DNA of 64,000 nucleotides from Mobula hypostoma (lineage: Eukaryota), in contig NC_086108.1 in NCBI RefSeq assembly GCF_963921235.1, forward strand, positions 92,692,001-92,756,000, written 5' to 3'. Numbering within the stretch: position 1 is the first letter of the stretch; every line of letters begins with the position of its first letter. The notes under the pieces are model-generated. The model ran no database searches. It had not been told where the DNA came from and worked only from the letters and a program-made list of their open reading frames with translations. Shown here piece after piece: positions 25,001 to 36,305 of this stretch. The position numbers and the translations under genes were made by a program.

Positions 25001-25941
25001 GTACCATGACAGTGCAAATTTACAACAATAGCATTGATTGATTAGAACTAGTATTTATTGAATTCAACACTAAAGAGCACAGTTTGTCCTTCAGTCTCAC
25101 CTGTCAGTTTGGTTCTCTCTGCATTGAAATTGCACAGCTGGTATACATTTAACTCAGCAAAATAATTGCACAGAACCGTGTCCTTCAGCCCATCGTGCCC
25201 ACGCCAACCCTTTTGACCGCTTACACCAATTCTGTTTGCCTAAATTAGATCCCTTGCCCTCCTTTGTGTTGACTACTCAAGTTACTGCCTAAGTACGATT
25301 TAAACGTCATTATACCTAAATACATCACCTCCTCTGAGTGTATTCCAGTTAACATCCTATATTTATATCAAAAAATTCCCTCAGATCTCCTTTAAAGCTT
25401 CTCCTTTCTGACCACCTGCTTTTGGTACCCAGCCCCCAGGTGGAGGGTGTGGGGACAAAACAAAATTCGGGCTTTCCACCCTACCTTTGCCTCTTTCAGT
25501 TCTGTTTACCTTTGATACTCAGCTTATGTTATGTCTTTGAGATCAACTATGCTCGGCTTCCTTTATAAGTTGTGTTATTTTGTAGAAATATTGACAAAAT
25601 TCTGCCATGATGAAATGATGGAGTAGTCTAGATGGGTCAAATGGCCTAATTCTACTCCTATATCTTATGGTCTAAAATAATTTGGTTCCACTGTTAGGAT
25701 TTTGCTGTTGCACTCGCATGTCCACATTCGGATTTCTCAAACATAGAACAGCACAGGCCCCGCAATGTTGTGCTGACCCTTTAGCCTACTCCAACATCTA
25801 TCTAACCCTCCCGTAGAAACATAGAAAACCTACAGCACAATACAAACAACAGGAATTCTGCAGATGCTGGAAATTCAAGCAACACACATCAACGTTGCTG
25901 GTGAACGCAGCAGGCCAGGCAGCATCTCTAGGAAGAGGTGC

Positions 25942-25977
25942 AGTCGACGTTTCAGGCCGAGACCCTTCGTCAGGACT
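25942..25977 (-). ncRNA. Minimal type I hammerhead ribozyme motif with intact core
   Basis: Minus strand reads AGUC-CUGACGA-A-GGGUC-UC-GGCCU-GAAAC-GUC-GACU: stem I AGUC/GACU, core CUGANGA and GAAA, GUC cleavage triplet, palindromic ACGU stem III. Confidence 0.75.
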
Positions 25978-26337
25978 AACTGAAGGAAGAGTGAGTAAGG
26001 GATTTGAAAGTTGGAGGGGGAGACCCAAAATGATAGGAGAAGACAGGAGGGGGAGGGATAGAGCCAAGAGCTGGGCAGGTGATAGGCAAAAGGGGATACG
26101 AGAGCATCATGGGACAGGAGGTCCGGGAAGAAAGACAAGGGGGGGGGGTGACCCAGAGGATGGGCAAGAGGTATATTCAGAGGGACAGAGGGAGAAAAAG
26201 GAGAGTGAGAGAAAGAATGTGTGCATAAAAATGAGTAACAGATGGGGTACGAGGGGGAGGTGGGGCCTTAGCGGAAGTTAGAGAAGTCGATGTTCATGCC
26301 ATCAGGTTGGAGGCTACCCAGACAGAATATAAGGTGA

Positions 26338-26604
26338 TGTGGCCTTTTATATATTGGCGAGACCCGACGCAGACTGGGAGACCGCTTTGCTGAACATCTA
26401 CGCTCTGTCCGCCAGAGAAAGCAGGATCTCCCAGTGGCCACACATTTTAATTCCACATCCCATTCTCATTCTGACATGTCTATCCACGGCCTCCTCTACT
26501 GTAAAGATGAAGCCACACTCAGATTGGAGGAACAATACCTTATATTCCGTCTGGGTAGCCTCCAACCTGATGGCATGAACATCGACTTCTCTAACTTCCG
26601 CTAA
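26338..26604 (+). pseudogene. GIY-YIG endonuclease C-terminal fragment of the Penelope-like element (open frame, no start codon)
   Basis: Hand translation: CGLLYIGETRRRLGDRFAEHLRSVRQRKQDLPVATHFNSTSHSHSDMSIHGLLYCKDEATLRLEEQYLIFRLGSLQPDGMNIDFSNFR*. Has YIG and the conserved R, H, E and N residues. Confidence 0.9.
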
Positions 26605-26899
26605 GGCCCCACCTCCCCCTCGTACCCCATCTGTTACTCATTTTTATGCACACATTCTTACTCTCACTCTCCTTTTTCTCCCTCTGTCCCTCTGAATATA
26701 CCTCTTGCCCATCCTCTGGGTCACCCCCCCCCTTGTCTTTCTTCCCGGACCTCCTGTCCCATGATCCTCTCGTATCCCCTTTTGCCTATCACCTGACCAG
26801 CTCTCGACTCTATCCCTCCCCCTCCTGTCTTCTCCTATCATTTTGGATCTCCCCCTCCCCCTCCAACTTTCAAATCCCTTACTCACTCTTCCTTCAGTT

Positions 26900-26935
26900 A
26901 GTCCTGACGAAGGGTCTCGGCCCGTAACGTCGACT
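26900..26935 (+). ncRNA. Hammerhead motif in the second arm, core mutated (GAAA to GUAA)
   Basis: AGUC-CUGACGA-A-GGGUC-UC-GGCCC-GUAAC-GUC-GACU. Confidence 0.65.
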
Positions 26936-28419
26936 GTACCTCTTCCTACAGATGCTGCCTGGCCTGCTGCGTTCACCAGCAACTTTGATGTATGTAGCAC
27001 AATACAAGCCCTTCTGCCCACAAAGCTGTACCGAGCATGTCCTTACCTTAGAAATTACCTAGGGTTACCCATAGCCCTCTATTTTTCTGAGCTCCATGTA
27101 CCTGTCCAAGAGTCTCTTAAAAGACCCTTTCGTAGCCGCCTCCACCACCATCGCTGGCAGCCCATTCCACACACTCACCACTCTGCGTTTTTTAAAAAAA
27201 AACGTAACAACATCATCTCCTGTGTACCTACTTCCAAGCACCTTAGAACTGTGCCCTCTCGTGTTAGCCATTTCAGCCCTGGGGAAAAGCCTCTGACTAT
27301 CCACACGATCAATACCTCTCATCATCTATTACCCTTCTTTTTTTAAAAAAAAGGCTTTATTTGTCGCATGTACATTGAAATATTGAAACATAGAGTGAAA
27401 AGTGTCATTTTAAGGACCAGAATCCGCCTGTCTTTGGATCGTAGGAGTGAACTGAATCACGCTGAGGAAACCAATGGGGAGAACATACAGACTCCTTGCA
27501 GACGGCGCTGGCAGTTGAACCCTGATTACCCTGTGCTGGTATAGCATTATGCTAACTGCTACACTACTGTGCTGTCCTTGTTTATGTTGGATGTTATAAA
27601 TGCAGTGGCACATTTGTAACTTCTCATTGAGTATTAATTATTCTTTGATTGCCGGCTCAAAGCTTTTTTGTTACAGCTTTGATTTGAGGAATTGTTCTTA
27701 CGCACTTCAGATCTGCGTTTCCTGGTATGGGATTTGGAGACGATGAGTTGAGTTTCCTTTTGCCCTCAGTTATCTGATTGATAGACAGTTTGCCAAATTT
27801 ATCATTTTGAAACTTTTGATCCTCAAATGAGCAGCAGCTATGGATGATAATGTTGTGACAATTGATGGCTTCTTCAGCAGAAGTAAAAACAATTGTGTGT
27901 TAGTCCATTGCTAATCAGGACAGCTGGTAACAGGCTCTTTGCCTTGGCTGTGTGCCAACTTTTCCTCTACGAATGTATTATAACGGCGTGTCTGGAGAGC
28001 TCTGAGAGTGGAAAAACTTACTTCAGCCCTCTGCATAACTTGCAAAGGTAACACTGTCTGGAGATGGTCTTTCTGTGCTAGATTTTTAAACCTGTATTGT
28101 CTGTTAGCAAAACTGAAAGGTGGATAATTTATTCAGTGACATTTCAAAGGGCATGTGGTTAATTAGATGGGTGTTAGAAGTGCATTAAATTTCATTATAG
28201 TGAATGCAGCATTTGTTTATAAACTTGCAGCATGGAAGCAGTCTGGCTCAGTGCAATGTGTAACACAGCTTTATGTCAAAGGGCAATTTACTTTTATATA
28301 ATTTCGTGTAATAGGATATCAGTTGAGCTTAATTGTTTTTCTCTGAAGATATTTATATTGCGCACTTTTGTAATTGTTGGCCACCTTTTGGTGCCATTGC
28401 TAAAGGACTGCCATTTTGA

Positions 28420-28670
28420 TCAGGAACCTTCCGGCCATTTGTGCCACACTGTCCAGCAATCCCCTGATTTAATCCTAGCCCAATTACAGGACAATTTACA
28501 ATGACCAATTAACCTACTAACTGGTCCGTCTTTGGACTGTGGGAGGAAACAGGAGCACCCGGAGGTAACACACACAGTCATGGGGAGAGCCCGTGCATTC
28601 TCCTTGCAGACAGTGGTGGGAATTGGACCCGGATCCCTGGTACTGTGAAGCATTGTGCGAACTGTGCTGC
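28420..28670 (-). mobile_element. V-SINE-type tRNA-derived SINE (related copies at about 14930-15120, 27380-27580, 37340-37710, 43330-43545, 48360-48620, 48690-48830 and 59250-59510)
   Basis: Contains the reverse complement of the V-SINE core CCGGGTGCTCCtGTTTCCTCCCACAGTCCAAAGAC. Confidence 0.75.
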
Positions 28671-30978
28671 CTCAATTCTTAAGCTAAAAAGATCTATATA
28701 TGGCTCAAGTGAAAGATTAGCATCCAGTGAGCAGACAGTGCATCTTTTTGGGAGACTTGAAGTTATTCATTTTCATAGAAAGTGGGAATCTATCAAAAAT
28801 TGAAATTCTTCCTACATGTTAGCAGGTAAGTAGGAAGGTGGATGATTTTACTGATACTTTGGGGATGGAGCACAGGAAAGACTTTTGTGAGAGCACATGT
28901 GGAATGCAGTTCCCTTCCTCGTACCCCAAGAAGGATATGGTTGCCTTTGATATCATTTACTTGGGCTCTTGGCTCCACAATGGACCAAAGGCCATTGATG
29001 GCATCCCATCTCCGTTGTCCTCTAAAGTTGATGGTATGGTTGGAGTTCATCAACACTTCTACAATTCATTGCATCCACTGTACAGGGGATTGGCCTGTAC
29101 AACTTCCCCAGAACCGCGTTGGCCGTTCTTACTTGTTTCCACCTCTCTCAAAGTGAACGTAGTGTTGGACTCTGAGAGGCAGCCCTGGAAATGGTACAAC
29201 AAAAAATGATTGGGTTGATTCAGTGCATTATGGAAATAAACCCTTTAAGTCCACAGAGTCTGCACCAATTATCAACACTTAATCCTACACTAACCATATT
29301 TAATTTTTCCCATGTTCCCATTAATTTCCATTCCCCTCTCGGATTCTACCATCTACACACTAGGAACAATAGAGGCAAGTCACAGTGGAAATATTAAGAT
29401 CCCAACCCATATGTCTTTGGGATGTGGGTTGAAACTGAAGAATCCTGAGGAATGCCATGCATTTGTAGGGAGAACATGTGAACTCCAGAGAGGTGGTACC
29501 CAAGGTCAGGCTTGATCACTGGTTGTTCTGTGAGAACTGGGATGGGGATGTTGTCTTACAAGGAATGGTTTGAAAATCTTGTCAAGGTTAGAAGGAAGAG
29601 GTGGTCACAGTGTGAATTTTGGAGAGGCCTACTAAGATGGATGCTAATTGGAAGCTTTCTTTGGCTGGTGAATCCTGCAGTAATGGGTCTGGCTCTGGTT
29701 ACAGGATTGTAGAATGAAATAGTAAGCTTAAGTGATTTTGCAGCAATCCTGAGTATATTTAAGGCTGAGAGTATCGGTAGATTCTAATGGAATCTATAGG
29801 AATCTGGTAGGAAAGTGGATCAGCCTTGATGTTGGAGCATGATTGAAGGACTGTCATGTCAATACTGTTGCTGGCAGGGTTCCTTTATGAGCTTGTAGAT
29901 TTTTGGATTTAGATTCAACTCCTAGATTGTGAAAAGCTAGTCAGACAGTCTAAGCAACTTCTGAGGGGCATTGTGTGGTATGCATCCAAAATTTGTTGCC
30001 ACTTCGATCTGTAGCCTCCATTTAAACATTAAAATCATGTGAAGTGACTGAGTTTTTCCTCTATTTTTCTTCATATTTATCCGTCATCAATTCCACATGG
30101 AAAAATAATCACACATTATTTGGCCACTTCCATATTTTCAACCTGAATCCTACACCTTTCCTAAATTCAGATGTATTACATGAACTATAAGCCACGTTGA
30201 AACCTCCTGAGGTTATAAAACACAATGTTATTGCATGTATTTGTTTCCTAGTTTCCTGCATGTTTTCATAAGCTGAAGACAATACATTATTGAAAAGTAC
30301 CATGTGGATTTATGTAGACTTGGCTTTCACAGAATTAAGTTTTTTTTTATTGTTAAGGTTTTGGTAGATTAGTGCTGAACTCCTTGAAGGCTTGTGGTAT
30401 GAGGCAGGCATTACAAGGCACTAGAATTGCAACTGATGGTAGAGCGTACTCTGACCATTTGACTTGTGTTCCTGGATTGTGCTGGAAAAATTTGTGTATT
30501 TTGCCAGGAATAGAAAAGATTGTTTATGAAGAAATATTGATTAAACAGGGGCTGTGGGATGATTTGCGTTGTATAAAATTGATGAAGTGAATAGGAAGAG
30601 CTCGTTTTCCTCAATAAAAAACAAATGGTTGGATGGGGAGGATTTTTTTTTTTGCCCAGACTGGTGTAGGAGTCCTGGAGTTTACAACCTAAAAAAGTGA
30701 TAGAGATACAAGTTCTCATTCTTTTGCTGTCAGGTACCATTCTGTTGAAAAGAGAAGGACGAAGATCTAGAAAATAGCACCTGTCTCAAACCACCCCCCC
30801 CCGGACTAGAATGAACTTAATGGGCAGAATGGCTTCTTTGTGTTATAAATTTCCACATCATGGCTGAAGTTAAGTAGTAGATACTGGCCTTCCATTATCA
30901 CTTGTTCATGTGTTTACTGTGGAGTCAGAAGAAACCTCAAAGACTTGCCCCTTCCCTAGGCACTGTCCACCTTTGCTA

Positions 30979-31421
30979 ATAGAAACATAGAAAATAGGTG
31001 CAGGAGTAGGCCATTCGGCCCTTCGAGCCTGCACCGCCATTTATTATGATCATGGCTGATCATCCAACTCAGAACCCCGCCCCAGCCTTCCCTCCATACC
31101 CCCTGACCCCTGTAGCCACAAGGGCCATATCTAACTCCCTCTTAAATATAGCCAATGAACTGGCCTCAACAGTTTCCTGTGGCAGAGAATTCCACAGATT
31201 CACCACTCTCTGTGTGAAGAAGTTTTTCCTAATCTCGGTCCTAAAAGGCTTCCCCTCTATCCTCAAACTGTGACCCCTCGTTCTGGACTTCCCCAACATC
31301 GGGAACAATCTTCCTGCATCTAGCCTGTCGAATCCCTGTAGGATCTTATACGTTTCAATCAGATCCCCCCTCAATCTTCTAAATTCCAACGAGTACAAGC
31401 CCAATTCATCCAGTCTTTCTT
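30979..31421 (-). mobile_element. Young CR1 3' fragment with uninterrupted frame
   Basis: GLYSLEFRRLRGDLIETYKILQGFDRLDAGRLFPMLGKSRTRGHSLRIEG...; CpGs retained; TTCTATGTTTCTA tail. Confidence 0.92.
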
Positions 31422-32579
31422 CTAATGTAGTGTATGTCCTGCTTCAAATGCCCTGGGAGTCATAGTTCAAATGAAGCAGACAGATTTGTGGTACCTAACC
31501 TTTGTCTACCTGGTATGTGTCTCTGCAGATTTGTGGGCTAAAGCTGACATTTATGAATAACTTTTCTTAATAAATATCATGTAAAATTAAAAGCTGCTGG
31601 AGTTCACGGGTCTGTGAGGTTTACTGTTCTGATTTGTTTCACAATTGTGTTAAGGAAAGTCGGCTTTTTTTAAATCACTTGTCTCAGACGGCTGAAAGGG
31701 AAAACAGACGGAATAAAATGGGCCCAAATCCAAAACTCCCAGGGTAAAGCTGACAAAATTTTTCCATTGTGAGCTCATGTGAAAAAATCTTTTTTGCTTA
31801 ATTTCCGCTATTTAAATATTAACATTGTTGATCTGATGTGTTACCAGTACCATTTCTGTCCTTTGGCTATTGTCAAAGATAAAAGAAGCTACTGTGTGAG
31901 AAGTCACATATGGAAAATATAGTCTTGGAAAGGTTCATGTTCGTATTCCAGAGGCATTAGTCATTGAGATGAGAGTACAAGCGTTTATTACCCAAAAATC
32001 TGGCAAGCGTAAATTACAAATTCTTTACTGAGCTGCATGACACTTCCATTATACAACTCTCAATAGTTTCAAATATCACTGACCTTAATTAAAGGTCATT
32101 TTGAACTTTACTTATTCAAGTGCCATTTAAAAAATGAAAGTTCAAACAAAATTTGACAATTTCAAAATACTTCTAAATCTTTTTCCTTCAACTTTCTGAA
32201 TCTCTACCTCCTGCTTTTTGATTAATTGATTAGATGGCAAACAAATTCCCTATATATTTTTTAAAGTATAGGTCCCAGAAAGTCCCATTTGTCTTTCAAA
32301 TATTTCAAAATTCATTTATGTATGCTGAAGAACTGTACGTATTTATAGAGCTTTAAACAGATGTTGCTCAGTCTGTAACTCAGTTGGAATACCATGTTTA
32401 GTGATTTAAGAAAAACAAATTTGTGTGGAAGGGGGAATATGAAAGGTATAGACTTCCAGTTCCTTGTCTCTAGCAACACTTCCAGAACAATTAATTTTCC
32501 ATTGTACCCAGGAGGTAAAGGAAGTATAGGACTGAGGTACGTCTGTTAGAATTTGCATTCAAATAAGCTTATATAATAT

Positions 32580-33020
32580 TACTTAGAACAGAGATGAGAA
32601 GGAATTTCTTTAGCCAGAGGGTGATGAATCTGTGGAATTCATTGAGACAAACGGCTGTGGAGTTAAAGCCATTGGGTATATTTAAAGTGGAGGTTGATAG
32701 GTTTTTGATTAGTCAGGGTGTCAAAGGTTATGGGGAGAAGGCAGGAGAATGATGTTGAGAGGGATAATAAATCAGAATCGGGTTTAATGTCACCGGCAGA
32801 AGTCATGAAATTTGTTGTCTTTGCGGCAGCAGTAGACTGCAAAACATAATAATGGTTTAAAAGAAGTGAATTGCTCTGAGTATATATTATAGTTAAATGA
32901 GTGTTGCAAAAATGGGAATATAAAGGTCGTGAGGTGGTGTTCATGGGTTCATTGGTAGTGTTCATGGACTGCCGAACAGACTCGATGGTCCTAATGGCCT
33001 AATTTGCTCCTATGTCTTGT
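32580..33020 (+). mobile_element. CR1 3' end, with an oppositely oriented Rex/L2-type tail inserted at about 32770-32968
   Basis: aggaatttctttagccagagggtgatgaatctgtggaattc...agggataataaatcag is interrupted and resumes at gccgaacagactcgatgg. Confidence 0.75.
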
Positions 33021-35463
33021 GTTTTTAAATGTTCTCCTTTAAAGCTTTCAGAGCTGCTGGCAACTTGTTCCTCATCTTCCATCATCTGTATCTGGCTTTC
33101 TGCTGTATGTCTCCTCTTTCCCCAACATGTCATCCTTTCTTTATGTCAACTTTTATGACAAGCACCTCTGTTAACTCTGAGCTGACTTGATAATAATCTG
33201 AAAAGCATATGTGGTGAAATGCTGGGAAGAGCTTTGGTATTCTCGAGCTGTTAGTAATGGGGATACAATACAAGATGTTTATTACCCAGAAATCTGCAAT
33301 GGGGATGGACAAAGGGATGCTTTGTTGAAGCCCAATGAGGGAAGTTGATCAGCAGTGTCTGAGGGATGGAGTTGCTCACCTTTATCCCACCTCTCACTTT
33401 CCCATTGTAATTTGAGACCATCGTCAGGTAAAAACACTTCTGATGCTGTGGAGGAGAGAAAATACTCAAATATTATATTTACAGAAGAGAAAGTTGAAGG
33501 AGCTGCAGGTTTGACCAGTGATGGGAAGTAACTGGTTCCAGGTAAGCAAGAGATTGGTGATTGTTTCAAGAACTTGGTGGGAAGGATGGTTGATCAAGCT
33601 GTCATCATTCTCTCTGCACAGATGCTGACTGAGTATATTTCAGGCTTCCATCATGTACTGTAGTTTGTTTTCAGAAACCTCTGTGTGGGCTTAGGGAAAA
33701 ACTTGGTTGGTGGGAAAGATGAAATTACTTATTTACTTATGGAAGTAAGTATGAATGATCATTTTTATATTAATAAATGGTTTTAAAATCTCCCTCACAT
33801 TCAGCAGGATGGCTTTCCAGGTTGTCATATAAAATGCATTGATAACTTAGCTGCCATCTGATTATGGGATGGAGTGAATTGAATTGAAAAGCTCCAGCCC
33901 TGTATGGATGAAGTAATATGAACTTCGAATAGATTGATAACCGTTACATGACCCCTTCAGTGCTCGAAAGGCAAAATTTATTGTGTACTGCTTGTAGAAC
34001 AGAACTTGAATTTTCAATATACTTACTCATTCTACAATATACATTGAGATTTTGACGTGACTAAGAAAATTGGGTCAAGTATTAAAGATGCAGTTTGAAA
34101 ATATTTATTTTGATTGTGCTTCTTAACTGTTAGGAAACCCCAAACTGCACAGGTGATTTAGACAGTGTAAGTGCTGCTTTAAGTACTGTTTTAATGTTGT
34201 CTTGCCCTAAAATTTCTCATATTCATTCCACCTACTTTTGTATAAGGCAATTTTAATCATTTACTGATGACAGATTTTTAAGATGTCGTTACTTGAATCT
34301 CAATATTATGACAATGTGATAAAATTTGTTTCGTATTTCTCTTGGATGAGGTTAATTTTAAAAGTAGTTAGGTATTCTTGACGAAAAAAAATATCTTGGC
34401 TTCTGGAGGGCATTCATCAATGTACTTAAAATGGAGCAAACTCCAGCAGCTGCTTATGTTCTCAACAGGGTATTTCCTCTGGGTATTGATTAGCCATGGT
34501 CACATCCTGGTTTATTCTTCTAATATCTATTACAGGATGTGGATGAAGAAAGATCTGCATCACTTACACTGGCCAGTGATGTCATTCCTTTCAGACCTGG
34601 GAGCCTGAATGCCTTTCCTTTTACACTGGTGAAGTAAATTATTGGAAAAACACACTGACCTTGCTTAGCACCAGGTTCTGACATAAAAACGTGATTTGGA
34701 TAAATTAGGCTTACGCAGGATATCCACCTCAGAATCTCTTCAAAATGAGCAGAATCCAGGTAGTTAATGGCATTTAAATATAATCATGGACTTCTTCCAA
34801 TAGCATCTGGTGTTGAGGTATGTGTAGCCTAATTATGATCAAGTTGTAAATTATCTTTTGAAGTCTGTAGCTTTATGACAGATTTCCCACTACCTTAACA
34901 GGAGGACTGTAATGGTTTTTCCAGAGGAGAGGGAAGTTTGTTTAGAGCCTCAGTATCTGAGGGAGAGGGAAGAGTGAAAGGGCCAGAGTTTGCCAAATGG
35001 CCAGTGATTGGGACAAATGTCAGCATGCAAGTAGCAGTTCAGTTTGGCCATGTTATCGGGACCACATTACGACGTAATCTAAATGTTACTGTTTAAAATC
35101 TGCGGTATTCTGTCTAGTGACATGCTAATTCTTGAATAATTTAAGATGCAGTGATACAACTGCCTGAGTGAAGTGCAGTATTTCTGGTCAAAAGCCGTTT
35201 TGACTCTATTCTTCAAACTAATTGGAACCAGACCGAGCCGATCTCAGCAACATTTACATCCATCAATCGTTTTCATTCCAGCTGGTTTTTAACAAGATAC
35301 TTGAACTGAAGTGAGAAAACTGTTTCAATTTTAGTTACACCTGTTCAACACTGCTTATCCCAAACTTTTCCTCTCAAAATATTGCATTTATGTCGTGCCT
35401 TTCAAAATTCCCAGAGTGCTTAAGTGCCATATTGAAATGCATCCTCAATTGTAACGTGCAAAC

Positions 35464-36305
35464 TGTGACTGTGAACAAAGTCACCGGGAGACACTGAAGC
35501 TGCTGGTATAGAAGTTTTTATTCAGCACACAAGCGGCCATCGCACTCATGACACTCTTGGAAGAAGAAGCCTGTTAAAGTCAAAGTACATCACATTTTTA
35601 AGCCCTTAAGATCAATGGTAACACAATACAGTTTCAGCGGTTACCATGACATTGTTTACTTCACACTTTGGGTTGACATGCTTCATTTAAGTTGCATAAA
35701 AGTTTCAAACACCTGCATCTTCGTACCAACACTCCAGACACCCAAGCAACATACGCAAAATGCTGGAGGAACTTGGCAGGCCATGCAGATTCTATGGGAG
35801 GGGGTGGGGGGAGAAAAGTACAGTGGATGTTTCGGGCCGAAACCCTTCGGCAGGACTGGAGAGAAAAGGCTAAGGAGTAGATTTAAAAGGTGGGGGTAGG
35901 GGAGAGAGAAATAGGTGATAGGTGAAACCTGGAGTGGGAGGGATGAATTAAAGAGCAGGGAAGTTGATTGGTGAAAGAGACTGAAGGCCATGGAAGAAAG
36001 AAAATGTTGGGGGTGGGGGAAGGAGATGAGGTGAAGGAGGGAAATGGATTGGGGGGGCATTACTGAAAACTTGAGAAATTAGTGTTCATGCCATCAGGTT
36101 GGAGGCTGCCCAAACGGAATATAAGAGACCCTAGGATGAATGTTAATTAGCATTGCCTGTCTTGCAGTGTTCATGCATAATGACTGGGTGTTTCCTAGTT
36201 TTTGATCAACCCCGGTCTGCAGCTCCAGGAAGAAAGGTCATTGTTCTGAGTTGCATTTTAAATTCAATCTACAGTCCACATTCAGATCCCAAGACTGGTT
36301 ACTGT
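35464..36305 (-). mobile_element. Second copy of the probable LTR family, interrupted by a Penelope 3' fragment at about 35744-36125
   Basis: Shares gtgaac(a/g)a(a/g)gtcac and aaatt(c/t)aatctacagtccacattcag with 21382-22004. The insert carries a hammerhead-like motif at 35821-35858 on the - strand. Confidence 0.6.

Larger units (their letters stand above)
25846..26995. mobile_element. Young Penelope-like insertion with inverted arrangement and 12-bp TSD
   Basis: About 25885-26336 is the reverse complement of about 26537-26995. AGCACAATACAA occurs at 25834-25845 and 26996-27007. Confidence 0.93.
25813..27325 (-). mobile_element. CR1 3' fragment hosting the Penelope insertion
   Basis: The tail agaaacatagaaaacctacagcacaataca continues after 27007 into MMRGIDRVDSQRLFPRAEMANTRGHS. 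Confidence 0.88.

Noticed and set aside
28838..29209. 123-aa + strand ORF in intron 1
   Set aside because: No recognisable domain and no convincing splice or promoter context; may be an old repeat remnant. Cannot be supported without a database search.
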